The notes beneath the pieces were generated by a model that had not been told where the DNA came from, ran no database searches, and saw nothing but the letters and a program-made list of their open reading frames with translations. This document shows, piece by piece, positions 16,062 through 26,181 of a DNA stretch of 64,000 bases. The DNA is from an uncultured Rhabdothermincola sp. (GTDB lineage Bacteria; Actinomycetota; Acidimicrobiia; Acidimicrobiales; Acidimicrobilacustridaceae): NCBI GenBank assembly GCA_964525005.1, contig CAZGEF010000002.1, forward strand, positions 183 to 64,182, written 5' to 3'. Made by a program: the position numbers and the translations under genes. How positions within the stretch are numbered: position 1 is the first letter of the stretch; every line of letters starts with the position of its first letter.

Positions 16062-18146
16062 GTGGCTCCCGTTCGCGGCCGAACAGCCATCGGCGTCGCC
16101 GTCACTCCCGCCCCACCGGCGCGGATCGACGACCCCGCCGAGATGCTCCACGGCATCGCCGTGGCCGATCCCTACCGTTGGCTCGAAGCCGACGGGGCGG
16201 ACACGCGCGCCTGGACCGCCGCGCAGAACGCCCGCACCTCGGCGCTGCTCGAGCGCCTTCCCGGCCGCGCCGACCTGCACCGGTCCCTCACGCGGCTCCT
16301 TCGATCGGGTTCGTCGGTCGCGTGCCGCGTCGCCGGACAGCGGGTCTTCTCGCTCGAGCGGTGGGGTTCCTACGACCAGGCGGTCCTCGTCGTGCGCGCC
16401 GACCGCGTGCCCAGCGCCTTCGACGTCGTCGTGGACCCCGTCGAGCTCACCGGGGACGCGACCGCGGCCATCGACTGGTACCACCCGTCGCCGGACGGGC
16501 GGCTCGTGGCCTACGGCCTGTCGATCGGGGGCGACGAGCACAGCACCCTCTACGTCTTCGATGTCGACGCCGGTGTCCACGCGCGAGATCGGATCCCCCA
16601 CACCCGGGCGGCCTCGGTCGCGTGGGCACCGGAGGGCGATGCCTTCGCGTACACCCGCTACCCCGACCCGTCAGAGGTCGAGCCGGTCGATGCCCAGTAC
16701 TGGCGCAAGGTCTACTGGCACCGGCTCGGCGAGCCATGGGAGAAGGACGAGCTGATCTGGGGCGACCTCCCTGACAAGACCGCCTGGCCCAACGTCACGA
16801 TCTCGAAGGACGGCCGGTGGTTGCTCGTCCACCTGTCGTTGGGGTGGAGCCGGATCGACATCCACCTCCTCGATCTCAGCACCGGGTCGCGCACCGTGCT
16901 GATCGAGGGGATCGATGCGGTGTCCTCGCTCGAGATCGTCGGTCGGCACGTCATCGGGCTCACCACGCTGGGCGCCGATCGTGGACGTGTCGTGCGCGCG
17001 CCCCTCGCCCAGGCGTGGCACGCCAACTGGGAGACGATCGTCGCCGAGTCCGACCGCGTGATCGACGCGGTCGCCGCGACCTCGCAGTCGCTGTTGGTGC
17101 TCTCCTCGGAGTCGGCGGTCTCGCGACTCGACCGCTACGGCCACGACGGCGGTGGTCACGAGCCGGTCGCGCTGCCCGAGATGGGGTCGCTGGCCGGGCT
17201 CAGCGCGAGCCCGGACCACGATCTGGCGTTCTTCTCGTTCACGTCGTTCGCCACGCCGGCGGCCACCTGGCGGTGGACCCGCACCGAGATCGAGGAGTGG
17301 AGCCGCCTCGGCGTCGCCGACAGCTCGGATTCGGGTCCGCGCGGGAACTACGTCGTGCAGCAGGTCCGCTATCCCAGCACGGATGGCACCGAGGTCCCGA
17401 TGTTCCTGGTCTACGCCGCAGGGACCCAGCCGGGGCCGGACACGCCCTGCGTGCTCACCGGGTACGGCGGGTTCTCCATCAGCCTCGGTCCGACCTACAG
17501 CGCGGCCGTCGTCGCCGTGTGCGATGCGGGGGGCATCTACGCGGTGGCCAACATCCGTGGCGGAGCGGAGGAGGGCGAGGCGTGGCACCGCGCCGGCATG
17601 CGCGAGCACAAGCAGCAGAGCTTCGACGACTTCTCGGCCGCAGCCGACTGGTTGGTCGACGAAGGGTTCACGTCTCGTCATCGCCTCGCCATCCGGGGTG
17701 GCAGCAACGGCGGGCTGCTCGTGGGCGCGGCGATGACGCAACGACCCGACCTGTGCCGAGCGGTCCAGATCGCGGTTCCGCTGCTCGACATGGTCCGCTA
17801 CCACCGCTTCCTGATCGCGAGGTTGTGGATCCCCGAGTACGGCGATCCCGACCTGGCCGAGGAATTCGCCTGGCTCCACGCCTACTCGCCCTACCACCGG
17901 GTGGTCGACGGCACCTGCTATCCCGCGACGCTGCTCACCAGCGCCGAGGGCGACAGCCGGGTCGATCCCCTCCACGCCCGGAAGATGGCGGCGCGCCTCC
18001 AGGCGGCGACCTCGTGCCCGACCGAGCGACCCATCCTGCTGCGTCAGGAGTCCCGGGCGGGTCACGGTCAAGGCAAGCCCGTGTCCAAGCAGGCCGACGA
18101 GCTCGCCGACGCCCTGGGCTTCCTCCTCTGGCAGATCACCGCCTGA
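16062..18146 (+). CDS. Prolyl oligopeptidase (S9A family serine peptidase)
   Basis: Contains [14 protein letters not shown], a beta-propeller region and the catalytic GGSNGGLL. The start is set at GTG 16062 because the conserved [11 protein letters not shown] segment precedes the first ATG (16143). Confidence 0.88.
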   Translation: MAPVRGRTAIGVAVTPAPPARIDDPAEMLHGIAVADPYRWLEADGADTRAWTAAQNARTSALLERLPGRADLHRSLTRLLRSGSSVACRVAGQRVFSLERWGSYDQAVLVVRADRVPSAFDVVVDPVELTGDATAAIDWYHPSPDGRLVAYGLSIGGDEHSTLYVFDVDAGVHARDRIPHTRAASVAWAPEGDAFAYTRYPDPSEVEPVDAQYWRKVYWHRLGEPWEKDELIWGDLPDKTAWPNVTISKDGRWLLVHLSLGWSRIDIHLLDLSTGSRTVLIEGIDAVSSLEIVGRHVIGLTTLGADRGRVVRAPLAQAWHANWETIVAESDRVIDAVAATSQSLLVLSSESAVSRLDRYGHDGGGHEPVALPEMGSLAGLSASPDHDLAFFSFTSFATPAATWRWTRTEIEEWSRLGVADSSDSGPRGNYVVQQVRYPSTDGTEVPMFLVYAAGTQPGPDTPCVLTGYGGFSISLGPTYSAAVVAVCDAGGIYAVANIRGGAEEGEAWHRAGMREHKQQSFDDFSAAADWLVDEGFTSRHRLAIRGGSNGGLLVGAAMTQRPDLCRAVQIAVPLLDMVRYHRFLIARLWIPEYGDPDLAEEFAWLHAYSPYHRVVDGTCYPATLLTSAEGDSRVDPLHARKMAARLQAATSCPTERPILLRQESRAGHGQGKPVSKQADELADALGFLLWQITA

Positions 18147-18229
18147 TCTCTCCGCCTGCCACCCTCGATCTCGCCGCTCCGGGCAGGTACGCACGCGACG
18201 GCAGACCGCCGGGCCGGCAGCGGCCGTGG

Positions 18230-18619
18230 GTGGCGGTAGCGTTACCGGCCGTGTCGATCCAACCCCCTTCCAAGGCCCAGGCCTCCAAGGACCTGCTCGC
18301 GGTGCCCAACCCCCATCCCGGCCGTGACTACGAGGTGCTCTGCGAGACGCCCGAGCTGACGTGCCTGTGTCCCATGACGGGCCAGCCCGACTTCGCCACC
18401 ATCCGCCTCTCGTACGTGCCCGATCAGCACATCGTGGAGCTCAAGTCGCTCAAGCTCTACATCTGGAGCTTCCGCGACGAGGGTGCGTTCCACGAGGACG
18501 TCACCAACCGCATCCTCGACGACGTCGTCGCCGCGATCGCCCCGCGACGAGCCACGGTCCAGACGATCTGGAACGTCCGGGGCGGCATCGACACCACCGT
18601 CACCGCCAGCCACCCCTGA
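18230..18619 (+). CDS. queF: NADPH-dependent 7-cyano-7-deazaguanine (preQ0) reductase, unimodular type
   Basis: Contains [52 protein letters not shown], a near-textbook QueF motif. The start is GTG 18230 or GTG 18251. Confidence 0.85.
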   Translation: MAVALPAVSIQPPSKAQASKDLLAVPNPHPGRDYEVLCETPELTCLCPMTGQPDFATIRLSYVPDQHIVELKSLKLYIWSFRDEGAFHEDVTNRILDDVVAAIAPRRATVQTIWNVRGGIDTTVTASHP

Positions 18620-18670
18620 GCTCGGGCCCCGGCCCCGGCAGCGCGGCAGCGGCAGAACCGGCTGACCGGA

Positions 18671-20110
18671 TCAGGCTCCGGTGTCGGCCTCCGGGGTCGG
18701 CAGGGTCTCACGTTCGAGGACCGAGTCGGGCGCCGACTCCGACGGGGGCGGCTCCTTCTGGGTGCTCGACAGGTCGATGAGCTCACCGAGGTGGCGCATC
18801 ACGCCCCACGCCAGTCGCTGCGCCCCGGTCGTGGCCAGGTGCAGGTTGTCCTTCTGGTACATGTTCCGGGTCACCCCGTCGGCGTTGGTCTGGTTGCCGA
18901 CGAAGGTGAAGCTGTCCCAGCCGAGGAACGCATAGGTGTCGACGTAGCTGACCCACGGCCGAGACCGCGCCTCGGACCAGTAGATGTAGTTGAGGACGTC
19001 CTGGTTCGAGATCTGCGACCCCGGCCCGTTGGGCGACGAGCCGACCCACACGATGAGACGGTCGTCGTCGGGGCTCTTGAGCAGATCCATCAGGCCACCG
19101 ACCCGTTTGCGGTACTCCGTGTACCACTCGGTCGTGTACTTGGTGAGCACCGTGCCGCCGTCGAGCTCCATGTTCTGGTCGTCGTTGGCTCCGAACATGA
19201 GCACCATGACGTCGGGATCCTCGCCGGGGATCACGTCCTTCACGAGGTGCTCGGGCCAGTTGTAGAACTGCGGACGGACGAGTCCGGTCCCCACCTTGTA
19301 GTCGAGGCTCGGCGTGAACAGGCCGGTGCTGGCCGCGATCGGCTGGAGCTGCACCCCCATCGATCCGAGGACCGAGTCGCCGCCGATGTACATCTTGAGC
19401 GGATCGTCCGGCGTCGGCGTGCGCAGCGCGGGCGGCTGCGGGACCGTCGTCCCTGTCGTCGCGGTGGTTCCGTCGACGACCGAGCCCTCCGGCGACGACT
19501 CGACCTCCTGCTCGGCGAGCAGCTCGTCGAGCCCGGGGGTTGCGCCCACCGACCGGCCCATCGCCTCGTCGAGGAGGTTCCGGGGCGCGGTGAGGTGGAG
19601 CGACCCGCTCACGTCGGCGACCGCCGCGGCCACCTCCTGGCGGAACCCGTCGCCTCGGGCCTGGCTCTTGCGCAGCGTCGCGTCCGCGTTCACCAGGGCG
19701 GCGACGACGAAGGCGAGGAGGACGATCACCAGGATCATGCCGGCGGGCATCGTGCCCGGTCGGTCGACATCGATCGGGCGCACCAGGGAGCGCCAGCCCC
19801 ACCGTGACCGGTGCCCGCCGCGATGCGGATCCGACCCATCGCGGGCTCCCCCGGTCGGTCCGGTCGGTCCGGTCGAGGAGACCGACCGCACGGTCCCACC
19901 GTCGGTGAGGTCCATCGAATCGCCGGGGTCCGGTTCGGGAGTCGGTTCGGGAGTCGGTTCGAGCTCGGCGGGCGGGACCTCGTAGGGGTCGTCGACCTCC
20001 ATGTGGGCGTGTCCCCGCTCGTCGAGGTGCTCGACCCCGTCGGGCGGACCCAGCAGCTCGCCTTCGGACATGCTCGGGAGGTCGTCGTCCGGTGGGAGGT
20101 CGTCGCTCAC
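18671..20110 (-). CDS. Membrane-anchored SGNH/GDSL-family (DUF459-like) hydrolase or acyltransferase
   Basis: Acidic disordered N-terminus and one TM helix (MPAGMILVIVLLAFVVAALV). SGNH blocks are YIGGDSVLGS (block I), MFGANDDQ (block III) and DNLHL (block V). GTG start. Confidence 0.8.
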   Translation of the reverse strand: MSDDLPPDDDLPSMSEGELLGPPDGVEHLDERGHAHMEVDDPYEVPPAELEPTPEPTPEPDPGDSMDLTDGGTVRSVSSTGPTGPTGGARDGSDPHRGGHRSRWGWRSLVRPIDVDRPGTMPAGMILVIVLLAFVVAALVNADATLRKSQARGDGFRQEVAAAVADVSGSLHLTAPRNLLDEAMGRSVGATPGLDELLAEQEVESSPEGSVVDGTTATTGTTVPQPPALRTPTPDDPLKMYIGGDSVLGSMGVQLQPIAASTGLFTPSLDYKVGTGLVRPQFYNWPEHLVKDVIPGEDPDVMVLMFGANDDQNMELDGGTVLTKYTTEWYTEYRKRVGGLMDLLKSPDDDRLIVWVGSSPNGPGSQISNQDVLNYIYWSEARSRPWVSYVDTYAFLGWDSFTFVGNQTNADGVTRNMYQKDNLHLATTGAQRLAWGVMRHLGELIDLSSTQKEPPPSESAPDSVLERETLPTPEADTGA

Positions 20111-20183
20111 GGGACCACAACGCTATCGGTCAGCTCGTCCGACGTTCGGTCACCGTCGAGGGAGGTGGTCATGGCTCGCCGGT

Positions 20184-21647
20184 TCAGAACTGGAAGTAGA
20201 TGAACGGGGCGATGCCCTCGGGACCGAGGGCGTTGACGAGCACCAGCCCGGCGGCAAGCGCGACCACCTGGACCGCGGGAGCGAGGCGACCGAACCGGCG
20301 CTCGGCGTCGACCGCGACCGACGGCGGGACGAACTGGGATGCAACCATGGCCACGATCGTACCGATGGTCACCAAGGTCACCAGCCCGGCCGCTCCGCCG
20401 ACCGGCGCACCGCTCGGCAGCAGGCGACCCAGGACATCGAAGGCGGCATCGATCGACGTGGCACGGAAGAACACCCAGGCCAGGGCGACGAGGTTGAACG
20501 TGTAGAACCACTGGAGTCCCGACACGAGCCGGGGCGGCAGGCCGAGCGGCCTCCAGCGGCCCTTGACGACCCGTTCGCCGATGAGCGCCGCGCCCTGGAT
20601 CGCGCCCCACACCACGAAGGTCCAGTTGGCGCCGTGCCACAAGCCGCCTATCACCATCGTCAAGAAGAGGTTCCGATACGTGAACAGGGTCGAGCCCCGG
20701 TTCCCTCCGAGCGGGATGTAGAGGTAGTCGCGCAACCAGCGCGACAGCGTCATGTGCCATCGCCGCCAGAACTCCTGGACCGACAGGGACCGGTACGGCG
20801 CATCGAAGTTCTGCGGGAAGCGGATGCCCAGAAGCAGGGCCACGCCGATCGCGATGTCCGTGTAGCCGCTGAAGTCTGCGTAGATCTGGATCGCGTAGGC
20901 GTAGATGGCCCACAGCACCTCCCAGCCCGAATGGGCGCCGGGGAACTGGAAGACCGGGTCGACGATCGTGGCCATGTAGCTCGAGATCACGACCTTCTTG
21001 AACATGCCCCGGAAGATGAGCATGAACGCCTCGGAGGACTCGACGTGGCGTGGGTCGGGCCGCTCGTCCAACTGCCAGGCGAACTCGCTCGCCCGGACGA
21101 TCGGACCGGCGACCAGGTGGGCGAAGAAGGACAGGTAGACAGCGAAGTCGAGCAGCGGCATGGGGTCACGCCACTCGCTGCGGCCGATGTCGATGACGTA
21201 GCTGATGGCCTGGAAGGTGAAGAAGGAGATGCCGACCGGCAGCACGATGTTGAGCAACGGCGAGTCGACGTCGAGCCCGAGCGCCTGCATCCGCTCGCTG
21301 GCGGTGACGACGAAGAACTCGGCGTACTTGAAGTAGCCGAGCGCCACCAGGTTGACCGCGACCGCTCCCCGGACGAGCCACTTGCTCCGGCTCGTGCGCG
21401 CGCCGTCGGGACCGAGCGCGTCGTGCACCCGTTGGCCGACCCACCAATTGAACCCGATCGAGCCGACCAGCAGGAAGACGTACCGCCAATCCCAGTAGCC
21501 GTAGAAGAACAGGCTCGTGGCGAGGATGAAGCAGCGCCACGGCTTCGGGTGGGGACGCAACAACCAGCTACCCGTGAACACCACGAGGAAGAAGACGGCG
21601 AAGTCGATGGTCGGGAACAGCAAGCCTCGGAACGTACCTGACACCAC
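20184..21647 (-). CDS. MBOAT family membrane O-acyltransferase (AlgI/DltB/PatA-like)
   Basis: Contains FWRRWHMTLSRWLRDYLYIPLGGNR and GGLWHGANW, with many TM segments. Confidence 0.92.
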   Translation of the reverse strand: MVSGTFRGLLFPTIDFAVFFLVVFTGSWLLRPHPKPWRCFILATSLFFYGYWDWRYVFLLVGSIGFNWWVGQRVHDALGPDGARTSRSKWLVRGAVAVNLVALGYFKYAEFFVVTASERMQALGLDVDSPLLNIVLPVGISFFTFQAISYVIDIGRSEWRDPMPLLDFAVYLSFFAHLVAGPIVRASEFAWQLDERPDPRHVESSEAFMLIFRGMFKKVVISSYMATIVDPVFQFPGAHSGWEVLWAIYAYAIQIYADFSGYTDIAIGVALLLGIRFPQNFDAPYRSLSVQEFWRRWHMTLSRWLRDYLYIPLGGNRGSTLFTYRNLFLTMVIGGLWHGANWTFVVWGAIQGAALIGERVVKGRWRPLGLPPRLVSGLQWFYTFNLVALAWVFFRATSIDAAFDVLGRLLPSGAPVGGAAGLVTLVTIGTIVAMVASQFVPPSVAVDAERRFGRLAPAVQVVALAAGLVLVNALGPEGIAPFIYFQF

Positions 21648-21720
21648 CAGGGTGCACGTAGATGGGGCGGCGATCGCCCGATGCCGGGGCCGATGGACCG
21701 ACGACTACCCTGCGGGCACC

Positions 21721-22323
21721 ATGCTCGACCACGTCTTCACCGACGCCATCGGCGCGCTCCGCGATGCCTTCGAGAACGCGCTGCTCGAACGACAGGCCGT
21801 CGAGGAGCAGTTCAAGGTCGACGTCCTGCTCGGCGACATGACCTGGGAGACCAGCTACGGACTCCCCGGTGAAGGTCTGCCGCCGCGGTTCCAGGTCGAC
21901 ATCAACCTGGACTGGCCGACGTGGTCCCAGACGGCCTATCGCCTCTGGTACATCGGCGAGGGCCTGCCCGAGGTCCCCCGCATCGAGATCAGCATCGTGC
22001 TGCGCGCGCAACGGCTCGCCAGCCACCCCGACCTCCCGGCCTTCTACGCCGCGCTCCCCGAATCGAGTCCCGAGATCGGCGCCGAGACCCTCGTCCGGCG
22101 AGCGCCGACCGTCGAGGTCAGCTACGCGCTCGACCTCACCGATCCGGCCTACGCGCTCGAGGTCTGCTACGAGGGTTCCTACGAGCTCGGCGAGGACGCG
22201 CTCGCCGACGGATCGATCCTCGACACGCACTTCAGCGCCCTGGGCGGCTGGATCTCGGCCACCCTCGTCAAGGTGAGCGACCAGCAGTGGGACTTCCTCC
22301 CCCGCACCGACGACGCGATCTGA
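21721..22323 (+). CDS. Hypothetical cytoplasmic acidic protein
   Basis: Starts MLDHVFTDAIGALRDAFENALL... Composition is protein-like, in contrast to the Arg/Pro-rich antisense ORFs. No family recognised. Confidence 0.55.
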   Translation: MLDHVFTDAIGALRDAFENALLERQAVEEQFKVDVLLGDMTWETSYGLPGEGLPPRFQVDINLDWPTWSQTAYRLWYIGEGLPEVPRIEISIVLRAQRLASHPDLPAFYAALPESSPEIGAETLVRRAPTVEVSYALDLTDPAYALEVCYEGSYELGEDALADGSILDTHFSALGGWISATLVKVSDQQWDFLPRTDDAI

Positions 22324-22404
22324 GCCCGCGCCGCCGCGCGGTCACCCCGCCGGTCACCCCGCCGGCGAACCAACCGGCCGGCCGACCGGCCGGACCAGCC
22401 CGGT

Positions 22405-23298
22405 TCAGAACCCGGTCGGTGGCGGTTCGAGATCGGGGAAGACCGGTCCACGCCCCTCGGCCTGGGCGGCCATGGTCTCGACCATGTCGCCGGGCTGGAA
22501 CATGCCCGACTGCCAGGAGGCCATGTAGTCGAGCGAGTCGCGCACGGTGTGGTCCCGCGCGTAGTTGAGCATCTGCTTGGTCCCCCACATGGCAAGCGGG
22601 CTCTTCGACGCGATCTCCCGGGCCACCTCACGCACCGACTCGAGCATCGCGTCCTGGGTCGGGAACACCTCGTTCACGAGACCCACCTCCCGGGCCCGGA
22701 TCGCCCGCATCCGGCGACCGGTGTACGCCAGCTCGCGAGCGACGCCCTCGGGGATGATCTTGGGGAGGCGCTGCAGGGTCCCGACGTCGGCCGTCATCGC
22801 GATGTTGATCTCCTGGACGACGAAGAAGGCGTCCTCGGTGGCGTACCGGCAGTCGGCGGCGGTGACGAGATCGACGGCACCGCCCACGCATCCACCCTGG
22901 ACGGCGGCGAGGACCGGGACCCGGACGTCATCGAGCGCGGTGAAGCTCGCCTGGAGCAGTTGGACCAGCTGGCGCAACCACGCCCGCTTCCGACCGATCT
23001 CGACCGGTGGACCGTCACCAGGTCCACCGCCGTCGAGCGGTCCGTTCGGGTCGGCGAACACCGCGAGGTCCATGCCGGCGCTGAAGTGACGGCCCGTCGA
23101 CGAGATCACGATGCATCGCGTGGCACCGTCGTCGAGGTCGTGCACGATGCGCGGCAGCTCGGTCCAAAACGCCGGGATCATCGAATTGAGGGCGTCGGGA
23201 CGGTTGCAGCGGATCTCGGCCACGCCGTCGGACCGCCCGACGTCGAAGCAGGTCGGCTCCCAGCCGAGCGGACTGGTGAGCGGTTCGGTGGCAGACAT
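22405..23298 (-). CDS. Enoyl-CoA hydratase/isomerase (crotonase) family protein
   Basis: Starts MSATEPL at 23298. Contains RPDALNSM...GRHFSAGMDL...GGCVGGAVDLVTAADCRYAT. The rest of track ORF 22405..24789 is antisense to the kinase gene. Confidence 0.9.
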   Translation of the reverse strand: MSATEPLTSPLGWEPTCFDVGRSDGVAEIRCNRPDALNSMIPAFWTELPRIVHDLDDGATRCIVISSTGRHFSAGMDLAVFADPNGPLDGGGPGDGPPVEIGRKRAWLRQLVQLLQASFTALDDVRVPVLAAVQGGCVGGAVDLVTAADCRYATEDAFFVVQEINIAMTADVGTLQRLPKIIPEGVARELAYTGRRMRAIRAREVGLVNEVFPTQDAMLESVREVAREIASKSPLAMWGTKQMLNYARDHTVRDSLDYMASWQSGMFQPGDMVETMAAQAEGRGPVFPDLEPPPTGF

Positions 23299-23349
23299 GG
23301 TCCTGATCAGAGCACGGATCGGGTCGCCCCGGCGCGTACGCTGCGCTCC

Positions 23350-25266
23350 GTGGACGCGGCGATCCAGCACGCAGTCGTGCAAGAGGCGCTCGACCCCGTC
23401 GTGGTCTGCGACCTCGACGGGCGCATCGTCGATGCGAACCCTGCCGCGGAGGCGACGTTCGGCTGGACCCGCGCCGAGATGCTCGGTCAGGAGTTCATCG
23501 GCATCTTCTACCCACCCGCTCTCCGCGCCGTCGGACGCCGGGCCTGGATCGCGCTCAGCGCGGTCGAGGCCGGGAGCTACCTCGATCGGCGCATCGACGG
23601 TGCCTACGTCCACAAGGACGGATCCGAGGTCCGGGTGAGCGTCGTGCTCCGCGTGGCCCGCGTCGACGGGCAGACCCTGGTCATCCGCTACGTGACGGCC
23701 TCCGATGTCGGTCCCGACGTCATCGACATCGCCCAGAGCGAACGGCGGTTCCGCAAGATCATGGAGTCGTCCGAAGAGCTCGTCAGCCTCGTGCGACCCG
23801 ATGGGCACTGGATGTTCTCCACGCTCGGCGGTCCGCTCGGCTATCCGAGCGGGCACATGCCCCCGGCCGGCATCTTGTCGCTCGTCCATCCCGACGACTA
23901 CGCGCAGGCCGAGGCCGCGCTCGACGCGCTCACCGACGCGGACCCCCACGGCGGGACCGCGGGCACCATCGTGGTGCGCGTGCGGTCCATCGACGGCCGG
24001 TACCTCTGGATGGAGAACACCGGCGTCAACCTCCTGGCTGACCCTGACGTGGGTGCGTTGGTGCTCCAGAGCAGGGACATCACGGCGCGACGAGAAGCCG
24101 AACAAGAGATCGCCGAAGCGAACGCCCGCCTCGAGGAGCTCACCCGTCAGCTCGGATCCGTCATCGACCGGTTCCCGGCGGGCGTGTGGCTCGAGGACGA
24201 GCACGAGCACCTCGTGATGACCAACCAGACCCACACCGAGCTCTTCAGCGTCCCGATGGACCCGTCGGAGCTCATCGGCGTCGACGCCGGACAGCTCGTC
24301 GCCACCGAGCGGTCGGTCTTCGCCGACGGCGAGGCCGCGCTCGAGCGGCGGCAAGCTCTGCTCGCGGCGGGCGTGCCCGATCTCGACGTCGAGATCCAGC
24401 TGTCGAACGGCCGGTTCCTCAGCCGCGACTACGTGCCCATCTACGAGAACGGCAACGAACAGGCCCGCAGCCACCTGTGGATCTACCGGGACATCACCGG
24501 CCGCAAGCAGCTCGAGTTCGACCAGCAACAGGCGCGCCGCCAGCTGGAGGAGCAGAACCGGTCGCTGCTCGAGCTCGACCGGTTGAAGACCCAGCTCGTG
24601 GCCACCGTGTCGCACGAGCTGCGCACCCCCCTGACCTCGATCATCAGCTTCGCCGAGCTCCTGCTCGACGATCCGTCGATGCCCGAGGACGACCGCGAGC
24701 AGTTCACCCGGATCATCTCGACGAACGCGAACCGGCTCCTCGTCGTCGTGGGCGATCTCCTCCTGCTCGGACAGGCCGGCGTGGGACACCTCCGGCTCGA
24801 CCCGCTACCCGTCGAGGTCGCGTCGATCGTCGACGACGCCGTCGCCGCGCTCGAACCCGCCGCCGACGCGGCGCGACTCACCATCGAGACCCACCACACA
24901 CCGGGACCCGAGCTCGAGGCGGACCCGGCACGGCTCGAACAGGTCGTGTCCAACCTCGTCGCGAACGCCATCAAGTTCACCCCGGCGAGCGGCGAGGTGC
25001 ACGTGACGAGCGCCTACGACGCCGGCACCTGGAGCATCACGGTCCAGGACACGGGCATCGGCATCCCGCGGGCCGAGCAGGCCACGATCTTCGACCGCTT
25101 CGTTCGGGCCAGCAACGCGACCTCGACGGCGGGAACGGGCCTCGGACTGGCCGTCGTGCAACTGCTCGTCGAACTGCACGACGGCACGATCGACCTCGAG
25201 AGCCATCCCGGTGTCGGCACCACCGTCACCGTCCAGATCCCGATCACCGACCGGACCGCGTCGTGA
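23350..25266 (+). CDS. Soluble multi-PAS sensor histidine kinase (PAS x3, HisKA, HATPase_c)
   Basis: PAS-like blocks include VVCDLDGRIVDANPAAEATFGW, VSLVRPDGHWMF and RFPAGVWLEDEHEHLVMTNQ. The H-box is VSHELRTPLTSI, the N-box VVSNLVANAIKF and the G-boxes DTGIGI / GTGLGLA. GTG start at 23350; no TM segments. Confidence 0.88.
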   Translation: MDAAIQHAVVQEALDPVVVCDLDGRIVDANPAAEATFGWTRAEMLGQEFIGIFYPPALRAVGRRAWIALSAVEAGSYLDRRIDGAYVHKDGSEVRVSVVLRVARVDGQTLVIRYVTASDVGPDVIDIAQSERRFRKIMESSEELVSLVRPDGHWMFSTLGGPLGYPSGHMPPAGILSLVHPDDYAQAEAALDALTDADPHGGTAGTIVVRVRSIDGRYLWMENTGVNLLADPDVGALVLQSRDITARREAEQEIAEANARLEELTRQLGSVIDRFPAGVWLEDEHEHLVMTNQTHTELFSVPMDPSELIGVDAGQLVATERSVFADGEAALERRQALLAAGVPDLDVEIQLSNGRFLSRDYVPIYENGNEQARSHLWIYRDITGRKQLEFDQQQARRQLEEQNRSLLELDRLKTQLVATVSHELRTPLTSIISFAELLLDDPSMPEDDREQFTRIISTNANRLLVVVGDLLLLGQAGVGHLRLDPLPVEVASIVDDAVAALEPAADAARLTIETHHTPGPELEADPARLEQVVSNLVANAIKFTPASGEVHVTSAYDAGTWSITVQDTGIGIPRAEQATIFDRFVRASNATSTAGTGLGLAVVQLLVELHDGTIDLESHPGVGTTVTVQIPITDRTAS

Positions 25267-25294
25267 GCGAAGACCGGACCGCGTCGTGAGCGAA
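25249..25294. repeat. Perfect 2 x 23-bp tandem duplication spanning the kinase stop and regulator start
   Basis: gaccggaccgcgtcgtgagcgaa occurs at 25249-25271 and again at 25272-25294 with no mismatch. Each copy contains GTGA, the stop/start overlap motif. Confidence 0.95.
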
Positions 25295-25999
25295 CCCACG
25301 GCGACCGTCCTCGTCATCGAGGACGAGGCCGACCTCCAGCTGCTGCTGGAGACGCTGCTCACCCGCGCCGGCCACGCGGTCGTGACGGCGGCGAGCGGTC
25401 GGGCCGGGCTGCGGCTCCTCTTCGAGCGTCACCCCGACGCCGTCGTGCTCGACCTCGGGCTCCCCGACCTCGACGGGTTCGAGGTGCTGGCCCGCGTGCG
25501 AGAGGTCAGCGACGTCCCGCTGCTCGTGCTGACCGCCCGCGGGCTCGAGGCCGACAAGGTTCGGGGGCTCCAGGCCGGTGCCGACGACTACCTCACGAAG
25601 CCGTTCGGCAACCAGGAGCTCATGGCGCGCGTCACGGCGCTGCTCCGCCGCAGCCCCGGGGGGTCCGGCGCCCGAGCGTCGACCGGTCCGGGACCGGACT
25701 CGACCGTCGCCGACGACGGAACGGTGCGCATCGACCACGCGACCCGGCTCGTGACGGTGGGCAGCAGGGAGATCCAGCTCACGCCGATCGAGTTCCGCCT
25801 CCTCAACACCTTCGTCCGGCATCCCGGCCAGGTGCTGACGGCCGATCAGCTGCTCGACCACGCCTGGGGGGACCCGACCGGCACCGGACCCGACCGCGTG
25901 AAGTTCGCCGTGCTGCGACTGCGACGCCAACTCGGCTGGACCGGCGACGGACCCATCGAGGCGGTCCGCGGCTTCGGGTACCGCTACCGGCCTCGCTGA
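25286..25999 (+). CDS. OmpR/PhoB-family response regulator (REC plus winged-helix)
   Basis: Starts VSEPTATVLVIEDEADLQ..., followed by DAVVLDLGLPDLDG, LTARG..., YLTKPF, a C-terminal LTPIEFRLLNTF and RGFGYRY. The start is the GTG in the second repeat copy. The track start at 25211 is an alternative. Confidence 0.9.
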   Translation: MSEPTATVLVIEDEADLQLLLETLLTRAGHAVVTAASGRAGLRLLFERHPDAVVLDLGLPDLDGFEVLARVREVSDVPLLVLTARGLEADKVRGLQAGADDYLTKPFGNQELMARVTALLRRSPGGSGARASTGPGPDSTVADDGTVRIDHATRLVTVGSREIQLTPIEFRLLNTFVRHPGQVLTADQLLDHAWGDPTGTGPDRVKFAVLRLRRQLGWTGDGPIEAVRGFGYRYRPR

Positions 26000-26181
26000 C
26001 ATCGACCCTCGGACCGCTCGTGTCCGATCGCTCGCGCCCGGAGCGAGGATCGGACGAAGCGCTCCTCGCGACCCCCGTCACCTCTCCGCGTGGCCCTGTA
26101 GCACCGTTCCGCTCGGGTGTGAACCGCTACAACCGACCTGCAACCGTTGCGCTCCCGTCCACGCGCTCCCCACGTCAGACG

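Noticed and set aside
18147-18229. preQ1 riboswitch upstream of queF
   Set aside because: queF is a common preQ1-riboswitch target. However, the leader lacks the short hairpin followed by the A-rich CUA(A) tail of preQ1-I and shows no obvious class II/III features.
25211-25285. Track start (GTG 25211) for the response regulator, giving a 25-aa N-terminal extension overlapping the kinase by 56 nt
   Set aside because: The extension is Pro/Arg/Ser-rich and is read from the kinase's C-terminal coding region. The receiver domain begins right after the GTG at 25286, which recreates the usual GTGA-type junction.
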